This document shows positions 33,985 to 42,997 of a stretch of 60,293 nucleotides of DNA, in pieces; within the stretch, counting starts at the first letter, position 1; each line of letters begins with the position of its first letter. Source of the DNA: Oscillospiraceae bacterium. Lineage in GTDB: Bacteria > Bacillota > Clostridia > Oscillospirales > CAG-272. The notes beneath the pieces were generated by a model that did not search any database, was not told the DNA's origin, and saw nothing but the letters and a program-made list of their open reading frames with translations. The DNA is taken from contig SVRG01000003.1 of the NCBI GenBank assembly GCA_015064965.1, forward strand, positions 1 through 60,293. Direction: 5' to 3'. The translations under genes were made by a program, and so were the position numbers.

Positions 33985-35374
33985 TCTTTGCAAGCCTCCT
34001 TTCCAAAATGGATACACACTTTGAAAGTCCCAAAACTACAACAAGGTAAATAAGCGCCACTGCGATAAGCGGCATAAAGTTGCTGTAGGTAATGGAGCGA
34101 ATCTTGATACCGCCGAGAGTGAGGTCGGCAACGCCGATGTAAAACGCAACCGAAGACTCTTTTAAAAGTGTAATAAACTCATTTGCAAGCGAGGGGAGAA
34201 CCGCCTTGAAAGCCTGCGGAATGATAATGTACCACATGGTCTGCACGTAGTTGAATCCAAGGCTTCTGCCCGCTTCAGTCTGTCCTTCTTCAATGGACAT
34301 AATGCCGCCACGGACAATCTCAGAAACGTATGCGCCGGAGTTTAAACCAAAGCAGATAACTGCCGCGGTAAACTTTTCAACACCCATCGGAAGCAGAACT
34401 ACAAAGTACATTATAAGAAGCTGTACCATTATAGGCGTGCCGCGCATAACGGCAAGATAAACCTTACATATACCCGAAAGAAAACTGATTTTTCCGGTCT
34501 TCTGGTTTACACATCTGATAACCGCCACAACAAAACCTATCGCAATACCGAGCAAAACGGCAAATGCAGTGATTTTAAGTGTTGTAATAAGACCATTTAC
34601 AAGATACATATACTGGTCATTAACAACAAAGTTGCGGTGGAAATCATATTTCAACTTATTCCATGTCTTTTCGATCGGAACGCTTGTATCGGGCTTTTCG
34701 CTATCGTAGTTTTTGAGCGCGATATAATCATTGATACCGGTGCGGAGCGTATTATAGTTGGAAATGTCAACGCTCTCACCGCCATAGTTAACGGTATGTG
34801 ATGAACTAATAATCTCTTTTGCATCCAGAAGTCCGCCAAAAACGGTATTCACAAGCTCATAATTGAGATATGGGGTGAACTCACCGGGATTGATTTCAAA
34901 AAGCTCTACTGTCACACTGCCGCTTACAGGTGCGCTTGATGCAAGGTCGGCTTCAACAAGACTTGCAACTCTCTGCTTTATCTTGGTTGCGTTTGTCTTT
35001 TTGCCGCTTGCGTTATTATCGAGATAGAACTGATAAACTTCTTCAAGATATCTGTCAATATTTCCCTCAATAACCGCTTTTATATTAATCGTTTCATATG
35101 TACACTCAAGAATAATATTCTTTTCTGTACCGTATGAAAGCTCGTTTACGGTAACAACCGTATTCTCTGCAACATATTTTGCGCCGGTGGAAACATTGCC
35201 GGGAAGCCCTGCAACAGTTTCGTTAATTATCACCTGAGCATCGGCAACTGTAATCTCTGTATCAATTTTGTTGCCAAGCTTTTGAACAAAATATATGCCA
35301 AATATCACAAGGACAGCTAAAGCAACGCATATAAGCGCCGTCAATAGCCCTTTAAACTTGTTTTTCTTTTTCAT
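33971..35374 (-). CDS. Polar amino-acid ABC transporter permease fused to a ~220-aa N-terminal extracytoplasmic domain
   Basis: An N-terminal TM helix ([21 protein letters not shown]) precedes a ~220-aa soluble segment of unknown family. The rest is a HisM/GlnP-type permease (EAA loop [22 protein letters not shown]). Confidence 0.8.
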   Translation of the reverse strand: MKKKNKFKGLLTALICVALAVLVIFGIYFVQKLGNKIDTEITVADAQVIINETVAGLPGNVSTGAKYVAENTVVTVNELSYGTEKNIILECTYETINIKAVIEGNIDRYLEEVYQFYLDNNASGKKTNATKIKQRVASLVEADLASSAPVSGSVTVELFEINPGEFTPYLNYELVNTVFGGLLDAKEIISSSHTVNYGGESVDISNYNTLRTGINDYIALKNYDSEKPDTSVPIEKTWNKLKYDFHRNFVVNDQYMYLVNGLITTLKITAFAVLLGIAIGFVVAVIRCVNQKTGKISFLSGICKVYLAVMRGTPIMVQLLIMYFVVLLPMGVEKFTAAVICFGLNSGAYVSEIVRGGIMSIEEGQTEAGRSLGFNYVQTMWYIIIPQAFKAVLPSLANEFITLLKESSVAFYIGVADLTLGGIKIRSITYSNFMPLIAVALIYLVVVLGLSKCVSILERRLAKSDKR

Positions 35375-35384
35375 TACTTCTCCA

Positions 35385-35417
35385 AATTACAAACGGGAAT
35401 GTCGAGCATTCCCGTTT
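35385..35417 (-). terminator. Intercistronic hairpin (partial terminator or attenuator) between the SBP and permease genes
   Basis: AAACGGGAATG-CTCGA-CATTCCCGTTT followed by GTAATTT on the minus strand. Confidence 0.5.
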
Positions 35418-35438
35418 GATTTATGTGCGGTTTGCAGA

Positions 35439-36269
35439 TTACTTGATGTACTTTGCAACGATAGCGTCGATGGTACCGTCAGCAGTAAGTTCATCAATTG
35501 CAACGTTGAGCTTGTCAAGAAGCTCTGTGTTTTCCTTTGCTACGCAGATTGCATAGTCCTCGTCAGCATAAGCAGTGTCGAGGAGCTTGAGACCTGCATT
35601 TTCAGCAACGAGTGCCTTTGCAGGCTCGTTGTCGATGATTACGCAGTCAACGTCGCCGCCAACAAGACCGAGAACAGCCTCGTTACCGTTGGAGTAACGA
35701 ACAACATTTGCATCGCCGAAGTCATCGGTGGAATAGATATCACCGGTGGTTGCAAGCTGTACGCCTACCTTGTAGTTTGCTCCCTCTGCATAGAGGTCAT
35801 CTACTGTTGCGATAGCAGAACCTTCTTTAACGATGATGGACTGAACGCCGTTTGCATAGCTGGAAGTGAAGTTGATGCTCTTAAGACGCTCTTCGGTAAC
35901 AGTCATACCTGCCATACCGAAATCAGCCTCGCCGGCCTGTACAGCTGCGATGATGGAGCTGAACTCCATGTCGGAGATAACAAGAGTCATACCGAGCTTT
36001 GCAGCGATTGCTTCTGCGATTTCAGCGTCGATACCGATGATCTTGTCGCCTTCGTAGTACTCATAGGGCTGGAAGTAAGCGTTGGTAGCCATAACCAAAG
36101 TCTTAACTTCGGGAGCTTCGGTTTCAGCAACGGTGGTTTCTGCAGCAGTGGTCTCTGCAGCGGTGGTTTCTTCTACAGCGTTAGCAGTAGTTTCTGCAAC
36201 GTCGCCGCAAGCTACAAAGCAGCAAGCAAGCATCATGGTTGCAAGAACAAGGGATAAAAACTTTTTCAT
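35439..36269 (-). CDS. Polar amino-acid ABC transporter substrate-binding lipoprotein (family 3)
   Basis: The lipobox is LACCFVACG, followed by an ETTA-rich linker. The SBP_bac_3-like body reads LVMATNAYFQPYEY...IGIDAEIA. Confidence 0.85.
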   Translation of the reverse strand: MKKFLSLVLATMMLACCFVACGDVAETTANAVEETTAAETTAAETTVAETEAPEVKTLVMATNAYFQPYEYYEGDKIIGIDAEIAEAIAAKLGMTLVISDMEFSSIIAAVQAGEADFGMAGMTVTEERLKSINFTSSYANGVQSIIVKEGSAIATVDDLYAEGANYKVGVQLATTGDIYSTDDFGDANVVRYSNGNEAVLGLVGGDVDCVIIDNEPAKALVAENAGLKLLDTAYADEDYAICVAKENTELLDKLNVAIDELTADGTIDAIVAKYIK

Positions 36270-36400
36270 GATGAATTCCTCTTTCTAAGAATAAAATTGT
36301 TCGCGTATGATTATACACCCACGTAATTGTAATGTCAATAGCTTTTTGGTCTAAAATTAGCATAAAAATAAATATTTATACAGCTAATTCACCAAAAATG

Positions 36401-36430
36401 AATAAAAAAGCGCCCGATATACAGGCACTT
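36401..36430 (-). terminator. Intrinsic terminator after the GH43 gene
   Basis: On the minus strand: AGTGCC-(loop)-GGCGCT followed by TTTTTTATT. Confidence 0.5.
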
Positions 36431-36438
36431 TTGAATTT

Positions 36439-37344
36439 TTATCTATCGGCGGTGATAATTCCGTCTTTAACATTGAGTTTGCAGATACGTGCGGTACGAC
36501 GCTCTGAACTTGCATCATTGGGGTCAACGATAACATCTCTGCCGTGATAGATTGCGTAATACTGACCGTCAAGTTTAATAACGCTGTGGTGGCCAACACC
36601 CTCTTCAACATCGTTTTTAAACATGGTGGGGACCCACTTACCATTGTCGGTATGCTTCACAAAGTCAATCTTTGTGAGGTCTTCTTCATCGGTTTTTGCA
36701 GCAGCATATCCAATGTGGTATGTCTCATTCTCATAGCAAGCACCGCTGAACATTACATACTGCCAATCGCCCTCGCGGAAGTAGAATGCGCCCTCAAGAG
36801 TGTGCCAGTCCTTACCGTCGCCAAAACGGTTGCGCTTGAAAATTTCCTCGTCAAACGAAGGTCTGATAACCTCTTTGCAGATGTTTGCAGGGGTCATGGG
36901 GTCGATAAGCTTATCAACAAATACGCGTGTACCAACGCGCTCGTCCTCACAGTTATTTTCCGCATACCAAAGGAAGAGACCTGCATTGGTTTCTACAACA
37001 TGAGCATCAATTGTAAAGCGGTCGTAGAGCATCTTTTTCTTGGTGAAAGGACCAAGGGGGCTTTCGCCCTCTGCAACATGGAGATGCTGGAAGCACTCCT
37101 TGTTCTGGCAGGAGAAATAGAGATAGTATTTGCCGCCGATTTTTGCAATGCAGGGCGCCCAATACTGTACCCAGCCGTCAACCGAGCATATAACACCCTC
37201 ATGCTTCCACTCGCCAAATATATCATCAGCAGAATAAGCTTCAACACCGCTGTTTGCGGTTACATATATATAAAACTTGCCATTATCCTCAAAAATAAAA
37301 GGGTCGGGTTGGGTTCTGCCTGTAACATTAAATTTAAGTTTCAT
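36439..37344 (-). CDS. GH43-family glycoside hydrolase (cytoplasmic)
   Basis: The motifs are TQPDPFIFEDNGKFYIY, YWAPCIAKIGGKYYLYFS, IDAHVV and LEGAFYFREGDWQYVMFS. I chose the start at 37344 (MKLKF) because the RBS AAAGGA lies upstream. Confidence 0.8.
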   Translation of the reverse strand: MKLKFNVTGRTQPDPFIFEDNGKFYIYVTANSGVEAYSADDIFGEWKHEGVICSVDGWVQYWAPCIAKIGGKYYLYFSCQNKECFQHLHVAEGESPLGPFTKKKMLYDRFTIDAHVVETNAGLFLWYAENNCEDERVGTRVFVDKLIDPMTPANICKEVIRPSFDEEIFKRNRFGDGKDWHTLEGAFYFREGDWQYVMFSGACYENETYHIGYAAAKTDEEDLTKIDFVKHTDNGKWVPTMFKNDVEEGVGHHSVIKLDGQYYAIYHGRDVIVDPNDASSERRTARICKLNVKDGIITADR

Positions 37345-37440
37345 AACAGTCATCCTTTCATACACAATATAGATATTATATATTAAATAGGAACATTTTG
37401 TCAATGAGTAAAACTAAATTCAGTGTGTAAAATATCAAGA

Positions 37441-37469
37441 TTGACATATGCCCTGATATGGTTTAGAAT
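37441..37469 (+). promoter_or_regulatory. Promoter placed so that the radical-SAM mRNA would be leaderless
   Basis: TTGACA (37441-37446), 17-nt spacer, TAGAAT (37464-37469). The ATG at 37476 lies 6 nt after the -10 box and no SD sequence is present. Confidence 0.6.
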
Positions 37470-37475
37470 ATAATC

Positions 37476-38315
37476 ATGAAACGCTTTTATAAAATCTATC
37501 TTGAAATATCAAATGTGTGCAACCTCTCATGCGAGTTTTGCCCCGGCACTTTGCGCCGTCCGCGTGTAATGGGTGAAAAAGAGTTTGCATTTCTTTTGCC
37601 ACGCCTTTTACCGTATACCGATTACCTTTATTTTCACCTCATGGGCGAACCGCTCTGCCACCCTAATCTTGAGCCATTTTTAAAAATGGCTCACAATTAC
37701 GGCTTTAAAGTTATCCTCACTACAAACGGCACTCTGCTTAAACAAAAGCAGGAAATACTGTTAAGTTCTCCTGCTCTGCACAAAATTAACATTTCGCTTC
37801 ATGCTTTTGAGGCAAACGACATTTCTGTTCCTTTTTCAAAGTATCTTTCCGACTGCTTTGAATTTGGAAAAGCGGCAGAGGGCAAAAAACTTGTAGTATA
37901 CCGCCTATGGAACAGCGGAGGTGCCGACAAAAGAAACGAAGAAATATCCGATACTCTTAAAGAATACTTCACAGCACCGTGGGAAGATAACCGAAGCGGT
38001 AAAAAAATCGGCGATAAGGTTTTTCTTGAGTATGGCGATAAATTCGACTGGCCAAGTCTTGATGCGCCCGACATGGGTGAAAAAATGTTTTGCTACGGTC
38101 TGCGCGACCATATTGGCGTGCTTGCGGACGGAAGTGTAGTGCCATGCTGTCTCGACCACGACGGAGACATTACCCTTGGCAACCTTTTTGAGCAAAGCAT
38201 GGACGAAATCCTCTCGTCAGAACGCGCCGTCAGAATTCTTGACGGCTTTGACCGCAGAATCGCGACAGAACCGCTCTGCCGCCGATGCGGATATGCACAT
38301 ATGAAGTTTAAATAA
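37476..38315 (+). CDS. Radical SAM protein with a C-terminal SPASM/twitch-like Cys cluster
   Basis: The radical SAM motif is CNLSCEFC (CxxxCxxC). The C-terminal Cys pattern is CYG...VVPCC...LCRRCG. Confidence 0.85.
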   Translation: MKRFYKIYLEISNVCNLSCEFCPGTLRRPRVMGEKEFAFLLPRLLPYTDYLYFHLMGEPLCHPNLEPFLKMAHNYGFKVILTTNGTLLKQKQEILLSSPALHKINISLHAFEANDISVPFSKYLSDCFEFGKAAEGKKLVVYRLWNSGGADKRNEEISDTLKEYFTAPWEDNRSGKKIGDKVFLEYGDKFDWPSLDAPDMGEKMFCYGLRDHIGVLADGSVVPCCLDHDGDITLGNLFEQSMDEILSSERAVRILDGFDRRIATEPLCRRCGYAHMKFK

Positions 38316-38340
38316 TACGCGAATACCTTCTTTACAAATA

Positions 38341-38366
38341 AAAAGCCGCCCGGGGGCGGCTTTTTT
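38341..38366. terminator. Bidirectional intrinsic terminator
   Basis: AAAAGCCGCCC-GGG-GGCGGCTTTTTT. Confidence 0.85.
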
Positions 38367-38367
38367 A

Positions 38368-39135
38368 TTATACTTTCATTGCGCTGCGGCCGCCGTCAAT
38401 CGGGATATTTACACCCGTGATGGAGGAGGCTGCATCGGAAGCAAGATAAGAAATGAGATTTACAACCTCGATAGGCTCTGCAGCTCTACCGATGAGAGTC
38501 TTCATCTTTGCCATTGCCTCACGTGTAAGAACCGGTCCGGGAGATACGCAAACCGCGCGGATACCGTGCTGTGCACCATACTGTGCCATGGACTTAACCA
38601 AGCCGGTCATAAGACCGCTCTTGGATACGCTGTAGTCGCAGGACATTCCTCCGCCGCCTTCAGCGCCGACAATAGAGCCAAGGTAAATGATTACACCGCT
38701 CTTTTGCTCGATCATCTGACCGATAACGCTTCTTGTGAAGTAGAGCGGACCCTTGAGGTTTACGTCAATACCCCAGTCAAGAACGTCAACGGGATAGTCC
38801 TTGAACTGCTCTTTAACCTGCTTGATACGGCAGGATGCGCCGCCTGCGAAGTTAACAAGAATGTCAATGGAGCCAAAAGTTTCCAATGTCTTGTTCTTTG
38901 CCGCTTCAATCTGTGCAAAGTCGCGAACGTCAACCTGAACTGCAATAGCCTTGCCGCCGTTTTGACGGATAGCTTCAGCAGCAGCCTCTGCCGCTTCAAT
39001 ATTCACATCGCAAAGCACAACATTTGCGCCCATCTCGGCAAAGCACTCGCTCTGGAGTTTGCCCATGCCGCTACCGGCGCCGGTAATAATTGCGGTTTTA
39101 CCGGAAAAATCAAACATCATTTTTTGAAATTCCAT
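38368..39135 (-). CDS. SDR-family oxidoreductase
   Basis: The cofactor motif is TGAGSGMG, the catalytic residues are S...YSVSK and PG follows. The RBS AAAGGAGA lies upstream. Confidence 0.9.
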   Translation of the reverse strand: MEFQKMMFDFSGKTAIITGAGSGMGKLQSECFAEMGANVVLCDVNIEAAEAAAEAIRQNGGKAIAVQVDVRDFAQIEAAKNKTLETFGSIDILVNFAGGASCRIKQVKEQFKDYPVDVLDWGIDVNLKGPLYFTRSVIGQMIEQKSGVIIYLGSIVGAEGGGGMSCDYSVSKSGLMTGLVKSMAQYGAQHGIRAVCVSPGPVLTREAMAKMKTLIGRAAEPIEVVNLISYLASDAASSITGVNIPIDGGRSAMKV

Positions 39136-39162
39136 TTTTGTATCTCCTTTGGGGTTGAAATT

Positions 39163-40899
39163 TTATTTTTTCTTTTTAGATACAACCACAACAACTGCAA
39201 CAACTGCAATTACAACAACTGCAGCGATAACAACAATAGCTACGGGGAAAGAACCTTCTTCAGTAGCGGGAGCCGCGGTAGTTTCTTCTACAGCGGTGGT
39301 TTCAGGTGCGGTGGTTTCTTCGGGAAGCTGAGGAATAAGTGCACCGATATCAATGGGAGCAGAAATGTTAACCACTTCATTTTCAGCCATCTTAAGCATG
39401 GGGCACTTGTCGCCCATTACCCATGTGTTTTCAAAGTCAAGAGCGGTGTAAATGCTTGCGTCTGTAAGCTGTTCAAACTCAAGAGAGGTGTTGTTGCCTA
39501 CAGGAGCCATTTCAACCATGTTGCCCTTTACATAGTAGTTGTTTTCTACAACAGAATAAGTGCCTGCATCAGTTGCAGCTACTCTGTATACCATGTTTTC
39601 AGTGGTAACGTTGTTTGCAACTGTTACATTCTTAACCTGACCGATAATACCTGCAGAATAGCTGCCCATCTCTACAGCACCGGTGTTGAGACAGTTGGTG
39701 ATATAGGGGATCGTCAAGGGGTTGCCGTCTGCATCCGCTGCAGGATTTGTGCAGTTGGTGTAAGAAATGATACCGCCTGCGTAGGAAGGACCGGTGATCT
39801 TACCGGTGTTAAGGCAGTTGGTGATAAATGTGGGGTTCTCTGTGCATACAGCTGCGGTGCTGAGAAGAGAAACCATACCGCCTGCGCAATATGTACTGTT
39901 CATGTCGCCGATGTTTACACAGTTGGAAATCTGAAGTGCAGATGTAGTACCGGAAAGTTCGGTGCCCTTTTCAGGATTTGCAGCAACACCGTGAACCTCT
40001 GCTCTGCCGATAACAGAACCTACAAAAGGACGGTTGGAGCCTTCTGCATTTGTGCCGTCGCCGGTGATGTTACCTTCGTTGCGGCAGTTCTTGATCTCAA
40101 CGATACCTTCTTCGGTTCTTACATAGCCTGCGATAGCTGCAAGACGGTTACGGTCAACGGAAGCAGAAGAAAGATCTGCAAAGTTTGAACATCCGTCAAC
40201 ACTTACTGCAACACCGTCAAAAGTGCTCTTTGCATAAATTCTTGCAAATACGCCGCCGCAGTTACCGAGTGAAGGAGTGAGTGTGCCGTAGTTTGAGCAA
40301 GAAACAGCAACAAGGGTATCGTTTACGCCGTCTTCGTCAAAGTTGCGAAGGTAGCCTGCAACACCGCCTACATGGCAAGGACCTGTAACCTCTGCCATAT
40401 TGGTGAGGTTTTCAAGGCGTGAGCCGAGAAGTGCAACACCAATGATACCGCCGGTTGCAGAGTGATTGCCCTCAACCTTGCTTTCTGCGTTCTTGGGAAC
40501 AAAGTTGTTTACAACCTTACCCTTAACGGTAAGATTTTTAACAGTTGCGCCCTTAATTACGCCGAAAAGACCTGCGGTGATATCATCCACAGTAGCAAGT
40601 GTGCCGTCACCCTCAAGAACAGTTTCGGGAGTTGCGATGTCAAGACCGGAAATGGTAAAGCCAGCACCGTCAAATGTGCCGGTAAAGGGGTTGGAATATG
40701 TGCCGATAGGATTCTGAGCAATGCCTGTGAGGTCGATGTCAGCGGTAAGAGTGATGTTATCGCTCCATCTTGCGCTATTGAGCATAATAGCCTCAAGTTC
40801 CTGTGCAGTGCCTACTGTGATGTCAGCGGCAAAGATGCCGATGCAGAGCGTTACCGCAAGGATAACGACCGCAATGGCGGTGAGTAATTGTTTTTTCAT
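39163..40899 (-). CDS. Surface protein with GLUG-type beta-helix repeats and a C-terminal TM anchor
   Basis: It has a signal peptide. The N-terminus ITVGTAQELEAIM...FTGTFDGAGFTISGL is followed by repeated GG(I/V)(I/A)G motifs, an ETTA linker, and VAIVVIAAVVVIAVVAVVVVVSKKKK. Confidence 0.75.
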   Translation of the reverse strand: MKKQLLTAIAVVILAVTLCIGIFAADITVGTAQELEAIMLNSARWSDNITLTADIDLTGIAQNPIGTYSNPFTGTFDGAGFTISGLDIATPETVLEGDGTLATVDDITAGLFGVIKGATVKNLTVKGKVVNNFVPKNAESKVEGNHSATGGIIGVALLGSRLENLTNMAEVTGPCHVGGVAGYLRNFDEDGVNDTLVAVSCSNYGTLTPSLGNCGGVFARIYAKSTFDGVAVSVDGCSNFADLSSASVDRNRLAAIAGYVRTEEGIVEIKNCRNEGNITGDGTNAEGSNRPFVGSVIGRAEVHGVAANPEKGTELSGTTSALQISNCVNIGDMNSTYCAGGMVSLLSTAAVCTENPTFITNCLNTGKITGPSYAGGIISYTNCTNPAADADGNPLTIPYITNCLNTGAVEMGSYSAGIIGQVKNVTVANNVTTENMVYRVAATDAGTYSVVENNYYVKGNMVEMAPVGNNTSLEFEQLTDASIYTALDFENTWVMGDKCPMLKMAENEVVNISAPIDIGALIPQLPEETTAPETTAVEETTAAPATEEGSFPVAIVVIAAVVVIAVVAVVVVVSKKKK

Positions 40900-40931
40900 T
40901 TTTGGACCCTCCATAGATTTGATTTGAAAAT

Positions 40932-42983
40932 TTATTTAATTCGCTCGTCGGCAAGCGCAATTCTTGTAAAGATTACACATGCCTCGCTGCGAACTATTTC
41001 GTCACTTGGGCGGAAGTTTCCGCTGCCGGCGTCACCGCCTACAATGCCTGCGCCGTAAAGTTTTGCAACTGCGCTGTAGCAAGCCATATCAACAGTAACA
41101 TCGGGGTTTGAGCCACTGCGTGTTGCAGCATACTCGCTTTCGGGAAGAATGCTTGCAAATACAATTGCCATTTCTCCGCGAGTGATGTTCTTGTTGTAAT
41201 CAGTAAACATACCGAAACGGATGATGCCGTTGTCGATACAGTATGCAACATAAGGGTCGTACCATGCTTCGCCCTGATATGCTGCGCGCACGCTCTTGCC
41301 GTAATATACACTGTGAATATTTGCAGCAGCGGTAAGTGCCTGCGCTACGGTAAACTTGTTGTCAGGGGAGAATTTTGACGTGGAAGTTCCGTTTGCAAGA
41401 GTGTACTCATATGCAGTCTTTACATACTTATAAAACCACTTGTCCTCGGTAACATCGCCAAACTGTCCCTCATAAGTTCTTGTTGCTTTGAAAGGTGACT
41501 TGCTCTCCTCAACACCGATGTTGCCGGAGGTGCTTTCACCTGTGAGCATCTTGAGTGTGGGACCGCTCTCACCCATTGTCCAGATGTTTGTAAAATCAAG
41601 TTTTTTAAATGTTGTATTGACCTTTGCCGCATCGGCGGTAACAGAATCCATTGAAAGCTCAATAGTAAGTGTGGACTTGTTGTTGCCGATTGCCTTTTCG
41701 TGTGCTGTGTCAAGGTAGTAGCATCCGTCGATCTCGGAATAAACCTGACCTTCTGCAATGCCGACTACCGCACCGGAAACAGTTGCCTTTGCGATAGCTG
41801 CATTGTAGCAGCTTTTAACAGTAAAGCCATACTGTCTGCCAAGAATACCGCCGCTATAGTCATCGGAATACACGCCGCCGTAGTTTGCGCAGTTATAAAT
41901 TCCGGAATAGGTCATCTCAGCACATTTGTTTTCGGTGTAGCCTACGATACCGCCTGCAAAACGGGGAGCGTCAACCACACCTGTATTGATACACTCGGAA
42001 ACCTCGGTTACATTTTCGCCGCAGGTTGCCGCACGCTGGATGTATGTAACGATACCGCCTGCATACTTGCCGCTTGTAATTCTTGCGGTGTTGGAACACT
42101 TGGTAATGCGAATAGCAGATGAGTAATCGCTAACGACCTCGGCTCTGCCTACGATACCGCCCGCATACGGGTAGTCATTCGATGCAGCTTCATCATTTGC
42201 ATTTTTAGCAGTGATGTCGCCATTGTTTGTGCAGTTTTCGATAACAACCACGCCGGCTTCAGTACGCACATAGCCTACGATACCGCCGAAACGGTTGCGG
42301 TTGTTTATTTCAAGTTTTTGAATAGTATGGTTAATACAATCCTTTACGGTTACTGCAGGGAATGCCGCGCTGGAAACGTAAATTCTACCGATTACACCGC
42401 CGCAGTTACCTGCAGTTGAGTAAATAATACCTTCATTTTCGCAACCGGTAATGGTAATCGGCTCGTAACTGAAGTTGTAGACAACACCGATTACACCGCC
42501 GGTATTACCAGGGCCTTCAACCTGCGCATTGCCGATACAGTTTTCAATTGTTGCGCCCGAAAGTGCAACACCTACAACTGCGCCGGTACCGGGATACTTG
42601 CCGTTGATCTTTGTTTCGGCATTTGTTGACCAGAAAGTATTTTCAACTTCACCGTAAACAGTAACATTTTTAACAGTACCGCTTACAACACCGAAAAGAC
42701 CTGCTGTTCCTTCTGAAAAAATGCTGACCTCAACAGAGTGTCCGTCGCCGTCGAATGTACCAGTAAAAGGTACTTCATAGCTGCCCATCGGCTTTTGAAG
42801 GTGTCCGCGCATTTTAATGTCGGCACCGAGTTTATAGTTGCCCGACCACTTGTCCGACTCACGCATAATCGCTGAAAGCTCCTCGGCGGTGTTAATCACC
42901 ACAACATCGGACGCAAAAGCGCTTACGCAAAAGCAAAGTGCGAGCAAGAAAGTTAAAACTGCTAACGATAAAAACTTTTTCAT
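40932..42983 (-). CDS. Surface protein with GLUG-type beta-helix repeats and C-terminal SLH domains
   Basis: It has a signal peptide. The N-terminus VVINTAEELSAIM...FTGTFDGDGHSVEV is paralogous to 39163-40899. The SLH repeats read FGDVTEDKWFYKYVKTAYEY...FSPDNKFTVAQAL and further copies. Confidence 0.8.
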   Translation of the reverse strand: MKKFLSLAVLTFLLALCFCVSAFASDVVVINTAEELSAIMRESDKWSGNYKLGADIKMRGHLQKPMGSYEVPFTGTFDGDGHSVEVSIFSEGTAGLFGVVSGTVKNVTVYGEVENTFWSTNAETKINGKYPGTGAVVGVALSGATIENCIGNAQVEGPGNTGGVIGVVYNFSYEPITITGCENEGIIYSTAGNCGGVIGRIYVSSAAFPAVTVKDCINHTIQKLEINNRNRFGGIVGYVRTEAGVVVIENCTNNGDITAKNANDEAASNDYPYAGGIVGRAEVVSDYSSAIRITKCSNTARITSGKYAGGIVTYIQRAATCGENVTEVSECINTGVVDAPRFAGGIVGYTENKCAEMTYSGIYNCANYGGVYSDDYSGGILGRQYGFTVKSCYNAAIAKATVSGAVVGIAEGQVYSEIDGCYYLDTAHEKAIGNNKSTLTIELSMDSVTADAAKVNTTFKKLDFTNIWTMGESGPTLKMLTGESTSGNIGVEESKSPFKATRTYEGQFGDVTEDKWFYKYVKTAYEYTLANGTSTSKFSPDNKFTVAQALTAAANIHSVYYGKSVRAAYQGEAWYDPYVAYCIDNGIIRFGMFTDYNKNITRGEMAIVFASILPESEYAATRSGSNPDVTVDMACYSAVAKLYGAGIVGGDAGSGNFRPSDEIVRSEACVIFTRIALADERIK

Positions 42984-42997
42984 CTTTTGCTTTTCTC

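Noticed and set aside
35295-36257. A 320-aa plus-strand ORF.
   Set aside because: It is antisense to the amino-acid SBP gene and is a Cys-rich shadow ORF.
36544-37386. A 280-aa plus-strand ORF.
   Set aside because: It is antisense to the GH43 gene, which has the DPF/WAP/EG motif series.
38566-40188. A 540-aa plus-strand ORF.
   Set aside because: It is antisense to the SDR and GLUG genes. It contains low-complexity N/C runs (NNCNNCNYNNC) that mirror the TM/linker region of the real gene.
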